From Longimicrobiales bacterium (lineage in GTDB: Bacteria > Gemmatimonadota > Gemmatimonadetes > Longimicrobiales > Gaopeijiaceae): 64,000 bases of DNA. Location of the stretch: NCBI GenBank assembly GCA_965198065.1, contig CBDAON010000004.1, forward strand, positions 1,056,001 through 1,120,000, in the 5' to 3' direction. The position numbers and the translations under genes are program-made. A model generated the notes under the pieces. It did not search any database and had not been told where the DNA came from. It was given only the letters and a program-made list of their open reading frames with translations. Position 1 is the first letter of the stretch. Each line of letters opens with the position of its first letter. This document shows, one piece after another, positions 32,803 to 40,075 of this stretch.

Positions 32803-35502
32803 TCAGACACCGGCCTCGTCCTCTCCGGAGCCACCACCCTCGCCCTCGGAAGGGGACGCCTTCCCGGGTCCCTCCCTTCCCTTCGTCTCTCGCCCCTTCT
32901 TTCCACCCGCCTTTCCCCCACTCTTCCCGCTCGCCCCCTTCCCCTTCTTCGCGCTGGCTCTCGCCCCGGTTCCCCCACCCGTCCGCCTCGTCCGCGTCCC
33001 CGAGGTCGCGGCCCGCCCGCGGCGCTTTCCACGAGCGCCCCGGGGCCTCTTCCCCGCCGCCTCCAGGAGCTCGACGGCCTGCTCGACGGTGACGGCCTCC
33101 GGATCCGCTCCCTTGGGCAGGCTCGCGTTCAGGTTCCCATCCGTCACGTAAGGCCCGTAGCGGCCCGTGAGCACGTTCAGATCGAGCCCGCTCGCCGGGT
33201 GGGGGCCCAGCGCCTTGAGCACGGTGGGCCCCACCTTCTTTCGGAGGAGCTCGAGCGCCTCCTCGAGCGTCACCGTGAAGACCTCGTCCAGGCTCTTCAG
33301 GTTCCTATAGGTGCGAGCGCTCTCCACGTACGGGCCGTAGCGGCCGAGTCCCGCCGTCACCGGTTTTCCGGTCTCGGGGTCGAGGCCGAGCGTTCTGGGC
33401 AGCGAGAGGAGCCTCAGGGCCAGCTCCATCTCGACCGCGCCCGGCTCCACACCAGCCGGCAGGCTCACGCGCCGCGGACGCTCCCCTTCCGGCCCCTCGT
33501 CACCGAGCTGCACGTAGGGCCCGTACGGTCCGAACCGCGTGCGGACGGGGAGTCCGGTCGTGGGATCGAGTCCGAGCTCCCGGTCCTCGGACTGGTCTCC
33601 CTCGCCGTCGAGGGAGCGTGTGTTCCGGCATTCGGGGTAGGTGGAGCACCCGAGGAACCGGCCAAACCGGTTCCACTTCACAAGCATCGGGCTCCCGCAC
33701 CGGTCGCAGACCTCGCCCTCCGCGGCCAGGATCTCCTTCACGATCTCCTCGGAGGAGACCTTCCCCTCTTCCAGCCGGCGGCGGAAGTTCGGATAGAACC
33801 CCTCGAGCACCTCCTTCCACGGGACCTCTCCGTCCTCGACCCGGTCCAGCTCGCCCTCCATGCGCGACGTGAACTCCGGGTCGAACAGATCCGGAAAGAC
33901 CCGAACGAGGAGCTTCGCGACGGTGTCCCCCAGAGGAGTCGGGAGGAACCGCCGAGCCTCCATGTCCACGTATCCCCGGTCGCGGATGGTCGTGAGGATC
34001 TGGGCGTAAGTAGAGGGACGACCGATCCCGCGCTTCTCGAGCTCCCTCACCAAGCTGGCCTCGGATAAGCGCGGCGGAGGCTGCGTGAAATGCTGCTTGG
34101 GCTCGATCCGCTGGAGGGTGAGGACATCCCCCTTTTGCAGGTCGGGAAGCGGGTCCAGATCCTCAAGGCGCCGGTGCTCGCCCAGCTCCGTCGCTTCGCG
34201 GTAGAGCCGCGTGAAACCGTCGAACTTCATGACCGATCCGGTGGCGCGGAACCGGAACGCTCGCCCGCTCTTCCCGGAGAGATCAAAGTCCGCGGTCGTC
34301 GTATCGTAGACCGTCGGCGACATCTGGCTCGCGACGAACCGCAGCCAGATCAGCTCGTAGAGGCGAGCATCGGGCTCGTTCAGGTATCCCCGCGCGTCGT
34401 CCGGGTGGAGGGTTGGGTCGGAGGGCCGGATCGCCTCGTGCGCTTCCTGAGCGCCCTTCTGCTGCGAGCCCGTCCAGAGCCTGGGGGCGGATGAAGCGTA
34501 CCGGCTCCCCATCTGACCCTCGACCCACCGCCGGGCCGCACCCGCTGCCTCGGCGGCGACGCGAGTCGAATCCGTCCGCATGTAGGTGATAAGCCCCACC
34601 GCCCCCCGGCTTCCCAGCTCCACGCCCTCGTAGAGCCGCTGCGCCGCCGCCATGGTCTGACGCGCCGAGAACCGGAGGCGCTTCGCCGCCTCCTGCTGGA
34701 GAGTCGAGGTCGTGAACGGTGGGGCCGGGTTCTTCCGCCTCTCCCGGCGCTTCACCTCGCTGGCCTCGAACGGGAGCCCGGCGACATCGTCCACCACGGC
34801 GGTTGCCGCGGTCTCGTCCCCCAGCGTGAAGGTCTTCCCATCGATCTGGTGGAGCTTCGCCTCGAACGGCTGGGCGTCCTTCTCCAGGTGCGCCCTGATC
34901 GACCAGTATTCCACCGACCGGAAGGCTCGAATCTCGTCCTCCCGCTCGCAGATCAACCGGAGCGCGACGGTCTGCACCCGGCCGGCCGAGAGCCCCGGGC
35001 GAATCGGCTTCCAGAGGAAGGGGGACACCTGATAACCCACCAGGCGGTCCAGGACGCGGCGCGCCTGTTGGGCCTCCACCTTCTTCATGTCGAGGGTGCC
35101 GGGGGACTTGAGCGCGCGCTCGATGGCGGCCTTCGTGATCTCGCGGAACTGCACCCTGCGGAAGCGGTCGGGTTGCTTGTCCAGGCCCAGATGCTCTGCG
35201 ACGTGGTACGCGATGGCCTCCCCCTCGCGGTCCGGGTCGGTAGCCAGGATCACCGTGTCCACGTCCTTCGCCTTCCGTTTGAGCTCGGAGAGGATCTTGC
35301 CCTTGCCCCGGATCGTGACATAACGAGGCTCGAAGCCACGGTCTACATCTACGCCCAGCTCCTTCTTGGGAAGATCCCGCACGTGCCCCACCGAGGCCGC
35401 GACCTCGAATCCGCGGCCCAGATAGCGCCCGATCGTGCGCGCCTTGGCCGGCGACTCGACGATGACGAGATGCTTGGATCCGTTTCCGCTGCCCTTTGCC
35501 AT
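32803..35502 (-). CDS. topA: DNA topoisomerase I
   Basis: LVIVESPAKA, ATDPDREGE, SAGRVQ, ITYMRTDS, one zinc ribbon, repeated GRYGPYV domains, basic tail. Confidence 0.98.
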   Translation of the reverse strand: MAKGSGNGSKHLVIVESPAKARTIGRYLGRGFEVAASVGHVRDLPKKELGVDVDRGFEPRYVTIRGKGKILSELKRKAKDVDTVILATDPDREGEAIAYHVAEHLGLDKQPDRFRRVQFREITKAAIERALKSPGTLDMKKVEAQQARRVLDRLVGYQVSPFLWKPIRPGLSAGRVQTVALRLICEREDEIRAFRSVEYWSIRAHLEKDAQPFEAKLHQIDGKTFTLGDETAATAVVDDVAGLPFEASEVKRRERRKNPAPPFTTSTLQQEAAKRLRFSARQTMAAAQRLYEGVELGSRGAVGLITYMRTDSTRVAAEAAGAARRWVEGQMGSRYASSAPRLWTGSQQKGAQEAHEAIRPSDPTLHPDDARGYLNEPDARLYELIWLRFVASQMSPTVYDTTTADFDLSGKSGRAFRFRATGSVMKFDGFTRLYREATELGEHRRLEDLDPLPDLQKGDVLTLQRIEPKQHFTQPPPRLSEASLVRELEKRGIGRPSTYAQILTTIRDRGYVDMEARRFLPTPLGDTVAKLLVRVFPDLFDPEFTSRMEGELDRVEDGEVPWKEVLEGFYPNFRRRLEEGKVSSEEIVKEILAAEGEVCDRCGSPMLVKWNRFGRFLGCSTYPECRNTRSLDGEGDQSEDRELGLDPTTGLPVRTRFGPYGPYVQLGDEGPEGERPRRVSLPAGVEPGAVEMELALRLLSLPRTLGLDPETGKPVTAGLGRYGPYVESARTYRNLKSLDEVFTVTLEEALELLRKKVGPTVLKALGPHPASGLDLNVLTGRYGPYVTDGNLNASLPKGADPEAVTVEQAVELLEAAGKRPRGARGKRRGRAATSGTRTRRTGGGTGARASAKKGKGASGKSGGKAGGKKGRETKGREGPGKASPSEGEGGGSGEDEAGV

Positions 35503-35564
35503 ACGACTCCTGATACGTGAATGAACGAGAGTGGCGCCCACCTCCCGAAGTCCGGAGCTCATGT

Positions 35565-36194
35565 TCAGGGAGGCCGCCCGGGTTCCCTCGTCAGCTGCTC
35601 GGTCACGATCCGGACCACGTCGGCGGCGGAGCGCGACTCCGTGTCGATCTGCCAGCGGGCCAGCGCATAGTAGCGCTCCCGTCCCGAGAGGAGATCGCGC
35701 GCTCGGGCCAGCGGATCCGCACCGGTCAGGAGCGGCCGCTCCACTTCCTGGCGCGCGGTTCGTTCGACCGCGGCCTCCGGTGAAATCTGAAGCCAGATCG
35801 TGAGGGTCGCCGGATCGAGCCCCTCCATCCGCCCCTCCCGGCAGGGCCACCCGCCCCCCGGCGTGATGACGACTCGATCCAGCCCGAGGACCTCCTGTCC
35901 GACATCTTCCTCCAGGGCGCGGAACACCTCCTCCCCATCCTCATGGAAGATCCGGGGTATCGGCCGACCCGCCCGCCGTTCGATCTCCTGGTCCAAATCC
36001 ACGTGCCGCCAGCCCAGCCGGGAGGCCAGCTGCGGCCCGACCGTGCTCTTCCCGCTCCCCATGAACCCAACGAGGAGGATCCGCCTGTACGCGGGAACCG
36101 GGGCGCCGGCCACGGCGTCCGCTCGGACCGTCGTGGCCGAAGCCCGCACCGGCGCTCTGGAAGCCCTCGGCGTCTCCTTCGCCGAGCCCCTCAC
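35565..36194 (-). CDS. aroK: Shikimate kinase
   Basis: LVGFMGSGKSTVG, DLD, GEEVFR, GGG, RPLL. Start (GTG 36194) is approximate. Confidence 0.93.
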   Translation of the reverse strand: MRGSAKETPRASRAPVRASATTVRADAVAGAPVPAYRRILLVGFMGSGKSTVGPQLASRLGWRHVDLDQEIERRAGRPIPRIFHEDGEEVFRALEEDVGQEVLGLDRVVITPGGGWPCREGRMEGLDPATLTIWLQISPEAAVERTARQEVERPLLTGADPLARARDLLSGRERYYALARWQIDTESRSAADVVRIVTEQLTREPGRPP

Positions 36195-37411
36195 CTCTCC
36201 CCCCAGCCGCGTTCCGACAGATACTGGAGGTACCCGTCGAGGTTCCGGCGCACCTCGGTGAGCGAATCCCCTCCGAACTTCTCGAGTAAGGCGTCGGCCA
36301 GCACGAGCGCGACCATGGCCTCGCCCACCACGGCCGCGGCGGGAACGGCGCAGACGTCGCTCCGCTCCGTCGCGCCTTCCTGAGCGGTGCCGTCGCGGAG
36401 GTCCACGGAAGGGAGGCGGTTCTTCATCAGGGTCGAGATCGGCTTCATCGCGCCCCGCACGACGATTGGCTCCCCCGTCGTGATGCCCCCCTCGAGCCCG
36501 CCGGCTCCGTTCGACGATCTGGCGAACCCACCCGTCCTCGCCGACTCGTCGCGCCTCACGATGGGGTCGTGGACCCTTGATCCGGGGTGGCGCGCCCCCT
36601 CGAATCCGAGCCCGATCTCGACCCCCTTGATGGCGTGAATGGACATGACAGCCCCCGCGAGGCGGCCGTCCAGCTTCCGGTCCCAGGATACGTAGCTCCC
36701 CAACCCCACCGGGACGCCCGTGGCCACGACCTCGAAGACCCCACCCAGGGTGTCTCCCGCCTCTTTCGCGGCATCGATGGCCTCGACCATCTGGGCCCCC
36801 GCCTCGGGGTCCAGCGTCCGGACAGGGGACGGATCCGCGGCGGCGTTCAGATCCTCCGGAAGCTCCTCGGGGGGGGTTGCCTCCACCCCCCCGATCGAGC
36901 GCACCCAGCTCCCGATCCGGATCCCGAACTCGGCGAGAAGTCGCCGCACCACGGCCGCGCACGCCACCCGCGCGGCCGTCTCCCGGGCGCTCGCCCGCTC
37001 GAGGATGTCCCGTGTGTCTCTCCGCCCGTACTTCAGGACGCCCACGAGGTCCGCGTGCCCGGGGCGGGGGAGGTAGAGGGAGCGGAGCGCCTTCGGGTTC
37101 TCGGCAGGATCCGGAGGATCGGGGCTCATCGCGACGGTCCAGTTCTCCCAGTCGCGGTTCCAGACCACCATCGAGATCGGGGAGCCTAGCGTCTCTCCGA
37201 GCCGTACGCCCGAGATCAGCTCGGCCCGGTCGGACTCGATCTGCATGCGCTTGCCGCGGCCGTAGCCCCCCTGGCGGCGGGCGAGCTCGGGGGTCACGTC
37301 CCGCTCCATCTCGAGGGAGAGCCCGGCCGGGATCCCCTCGAGGAGGGCGACGAGCCCCCGTCCGTGGGACTCGCCCGCGGTTCGGAAGGAGAGGGCGCGA
37401 AGGAGGCTCAT
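36191..37411 (-). CDS. aroC: Chorismate synthase
   Basis: TAGESHG, RRQGGYGRG, PRPGHAD, ERASARETA, GGLEGG, MKPIST, ERSD. Confidence 0.98.
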   Translation of the reverse strand: MSLLRALSFRTAGESHGRGLVALLEGIPAGLSLEMERDVTPELARRQGGYGRGKRMQIESDRAELISGVRLGETLGSPISMVVWNRDWENWTVAMSPDPPDPAENPKALRSLYLPRPGHADLVGVLKYGRRDTRDILERASARETAARVACAAVVRRLLAEFGIRIGSWVRSIGGVEATPPEELPEDLNAAADPSPVRTLDPEAGAQMVEAIDAAKEAGDTLGGVFEVVATGVPVGLGSYVSWDRKLDGRLAGAVMSIHAIKGVEIGLGFEGARHPGSRVHDPIVRRDESARTGGFARSSNGAGGLEGGITTGEPIVVRGAMKPISTLMKNRLPSVDLRDGTAQEGATERSDVCAVPAAAVVGEAMVALVLADALLEKFGGDSLTEVRRNLDGYLQYLSERGWGER

Positions 37412-37567
37412 GGAATCAGTCAGACCTAGTGGATCGACCGGCGACGGCAGCGGGTGGCGCGGCCGTCGCTGGGGAGGAGCCTTCGGCCACCGAGGCCCCG
37501 AAGGTGACGCCCGGCCCGGAACGTGTCCAGGCCGGGCGTCGGAGACCCGCACGGAGGGTTACGGGCC

Positions 37568-38240
37568 TCACGGACCGGAAGTTACGTCGCCCTTCGTGAC
37601 GTTGACCACGTTGACTCCCCCCCCACCGCTGCGCCCATCAGCTTCACGACGATGCAGCTGTCGGCGGCCGCGGCATCGGTGTAGTCGACGCCCGTATACC
37701 CTCCGGACGTGATCGGTGCCGTAGCTGTGCACGCGGCCAGATTCTCACCGTTCAGCGGCAGCGTGGCGCGGACCGGGCCCACGATCAGCTCCTTCACGTG
37801 AACGCGGCCCAGAAGGGTGAAGTTGAACGTGTCGTAGATCTCGATCGTGTTGTTCCCGACCGGAACGAACGCCAAGCGGCTCCCAACAGGCTGCGTGCCG
37901 TCGTCGTTTACGATGTGCAGCGGATGCAGCGCCACGCCTCCACCCCCCGCGGTGATCGCGACCTCGCCCAAGAGCCTCAGCTCCGGATCAAAGAAGGACA
38001 CGAAGGCGTCTCCTCTAGCCGCCCCCAGGTCCCCGTCCTGGTTCATGGCGAGGCCGAGTACCCGTGTGTTGGCGTTATTCACCAGGTCGACCACCTCAAT
38101 CGCCCTCGAGGGTGTCTGGGTTGCCGCGTTCCAGAGGATGACCCGCCCTGTCTCGAGCGTCGCCCCCTCGCCGACCGCGATTCGGTTGCCAATTCCGGAC
38201 GCCGCTATGAAAGTCGTGTCGCTCAGCCCGAGGTTCTCTT
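37568..38240 (-). pseudogene. Orphan C-terminal fragment of a beta-strand-rich (propeller-like) protein with a 1-nt indel in a G8 run
   Basis: About 220 codons of protein-like sequence (NLGLSDTTF...AFVPVGNNTIEIYDTFNFTLLGRV...) with no obvious start of its own. Adding one G to the run at 37617-37624 gives the more natural end GGGVNVVNVTKGDVTSGP*. Confidence 0.6.
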
Positions 38241-38676
38241 GGGCAGCGTCTGACACTGCGCGAGGGTGATGCAGGAACCCTGAGCGGCCGCGAGGGGAGC
38301 GACGATCGAGTCCACCCCTGGCAGGAGCAGCGTAAGCCCGGCGGAGATCGATCCCCAGGGCCCGGATGACTTCCCTGCGGTTGTACGATGCCCTCGGCTG
38401 GGGGGCCTCCACGGGACCGGCGAGGAGCCTGGCCCGATCCAAGCCGTGGAGAGCCATCCAAACGACGGCTTCGTCGGCCGGTAGACCCACATCCCCCAGC
38501 TTGGCAGCCACATCCCCGGCGCTGGTCCGGCCGTCGCACGCCCGCCAGACGAGGCGAGCCGCCGGGTTCAGGCAGTGGGCCCGGTCCCGCTCCAGGTCGT
38601 AGACGACCGTCTCGTCGAGGATGTCCTCGATGATGAGCTGATCGGTCCGGGCGTTCGGAAGAGCGGCACGCGCCAT
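38223..38676 (-). pseudogene. PqqD/RRE domain fused to twin-arginine-like leader and Cys-containing peptide; frameshifted by a GATC duplication
   Basis: ETVVYDLERDRAHCLNPAARLVWRACDG is the PqqD/RRE pattern. Removing 4 nt of GATCGATC (38346-38353) gives ...SYNRREVIRALGISAGLTLLLPGVDSIVAPLAAAQGSCITLAQCQTLPKRTSG*. Confidence 0.78.
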
Positions 38677-38737
38677 GGCTTGTTCGGCTTCCGTTCGGTC
38701 GTGGCCCGCGGGACGGACGATCCGCCCCCTCCTGCCT

Positions 38738-38766
38738 ACAATGAACCGGTCGCGCGCCGCCGTCAA
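38738..38766 (-). promoter_or_regulatory. Putative sigma-70 promoter for the RRE gene
   Basis: TTGACG-N17-CATTGT about 60 bp upstream of ATG 38676. Confidence 0.45.
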
Positions 38767-38874
38767 CGGATCAGAACCGTCCGAGCAGCGCCCCGGCCGC
38801 AACCGTACCGGAGCGGCGGGCGCCCGGCGAGCGTCCGCCCCCCCTCGACCCGGCTCCGGCCACGTCTTTGGCGC

Positions 38875-39234
38875 CTACTGACAGACGACCTGGCCGGGCG
38901 TGGCACCACCCGTGTGATCGTAAGCGCAGGTCCAGTTGGCCGTCGAGCTGTGGGTCGCAGCGATCGTGTACGTCGTTGCCGTCTGGCCGGCCACCACGAG
39001 AGCCACGCCCTGGGTCGCGTTGACCAGGCTCTCGTCACACCCCACGTAGGTGAAGCCGCTGTCCTGGTGACACAGCTCCATCGCGGTGCGGAGCTGGTTC
39101 ATGTCGGACTGCATCGTCGCCACGTACGCGCGCTCCCGGCTCTCTCCGAACCTCGGAATCGCGATGGTGGCCAGAATGCCGATGATCACGACCACGATCA
39201 TCAGCTCGATGAGCGTGAATCCTCTCCTGTCCAA
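38875..39234 (-). CDS. Type IVa pilin, downstream copy (119 aa, TTG start)
   Basis: RRG|FTLIELM class III signal, Glu5, Pro22, 4 Cys; GGAGG RBS. Confidence 0.93.
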   Translation of the reverse strand: MDRRGFTLIELMIVVVIIGILATIAIPRFGESRERAYVATMQSDMNQLRTAMELCHQDSGFTYVGCDESLVNATQGVALVVAGQTATTYTIAATHSSTANWTCAYDHTGGATPGQVVCQ

Positions 39235-39319
39235 GGGACGTCCTCCCTCTTGAAGCCAAGAACGATCGGGCGAACGGTGAGGGCTCGCTCCGCTCGGTCA
39301 CCCAGTGTTGGACTTAGCG

Positions 39320-39336
39320 AGACTCTGGCAGGATGA
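39320..39336. promoter_or_regulatory. 17-bp motif shared upstream of both pilins (copy 1)
   Basis: AGACTCTGGCAGGATGA; 16/17 identical to 39982-39998. Confidence 0.55.
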
Positions 39337-39354
39337 CAGGCCCGAAACGAGCGA

Positions 39355-39388
39355 GGGGCGGGGCGCCCTTCCAAGGCCACCCCACCCC
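39355..39388 (-). terminator. Strong GC-rich hairpin between the two pilins
   Basis: Minus strand GGGGTGGGGTGGCCTT-GG-AAGGGCGCCCCGCCCC followed by TCGCTCGTTTC, about 35 bp after the upstream pilin stop. Confidence 0.6.
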
Positions 39389-39422
39389 CCTGTCCTACGC
39401 CCAGCTCAGGCCAGCGTGTCGC

Positions 39423-39782
39423 CTACGAACAGACGATCTGGCCGGGCGAGGCACCAGCCGTGTGATCGTAAGCGCAGGTCCAGTTGGCCGTCGCACTGTG
39501 GGTCGCCGCGATCGTGTACGTCGTCGCCGACTGGCCGGCCACCACGAGGGCCACGCCAGTGCTCCCCTGGATCAGCGTGTCGTCGCAGCCGACGTAGGTG
39601 AAGGCCGAGTCCTGGTAACACATCTCCATCGCGGTGCGGAGCTGGTTCATGTCGGACTGCATCGCCGACACGTACGCGCGCTCCCGGCTCTCTCCGAACT
39701 TCGGAATCGCGATGGCGGCCAGAATGCCGATGATCACGACCACGATCAGCAGCTCGATGAGCGTGAATCCCTTCCTGTTCAT
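39423..39782 (-). CDS. pilA: Type IVa major pilin, upstream copy (119 aa)
   Basis: MNRKG|FTLIELLIVVVIIGILAAIAIPKF; AAGGAAAGGAG RBS; sigma-54 site upstream; pilS/pilR nearby. Confidence 0.93.
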   Translation of the reverse strand: MNRKGFTLIELLIVVVIIGILAAIAIPKFGESRERAYVSAMQSDMNQLRTAMEMCYQDSAFTYVGCDDTLIQGSTGVALVVAGQSATTYTIAATHSATANWTCAYDHTAGASPGQIVCS

Positions 39783-39861
39783 GACGATCTCCTTTCCTTG
39801 CGACCTGGCGGTACAGGCGACGAACGGATTGTTCGACTCGCCACTTCCGAGTGCCCTCTGG

Positions 39862-39877
39862 TGCAAGGCGCGAACCA
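39862..39877 (-). promoter_or_regulatory. Putative sigma-54 (-24/-12) pilin promoter
   Basis: Minus strand TGGTTCGCGCCTTGCA (GG-N10-GC with TTGCA), 80 bp before the ATG. Confidence 0.72.
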
Positions 39878-39981
39878 GCATCCTCGCAGAACCTCACAAC
39901 TGTCACGCGGACAATAAGTTGCGACTGTTGCCGCTCGTTTCGTAGGCACCGGCGTTGTCGCGGCGGCTCTTGGATTCTGCA

Positions 39982-39998
39982 AGACTCTCGCAGGATGA
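39982..39998. promoter_or_regulatory. 17-bp motif shared upstream of both pilins (copy 2), candidate activator site
   Basis: AGACTCTCGCAGGATGA, about 105-120 bp upstream of the -24 element. Confidence 0.55.
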
Positions 39999-40075
39999 GA
40001 GACGGGCGGCTGACGGAAACCGATCGCCCTCGGGGCCGGAGTCCGGCCTTCTGGGGCCTTCGGCAAAGGACCTCG

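Noticed and set aside
39423..39782. Electrically conductive (e-pilin) candidate
   Set aside because: The helix resembles Geobacter PilA, but the mature protein is 114 aa, lacks the aromatic at position 27, has only 9 F/Y/W and a 25-residue aromatic-free gap. No cytochromes are in the window.
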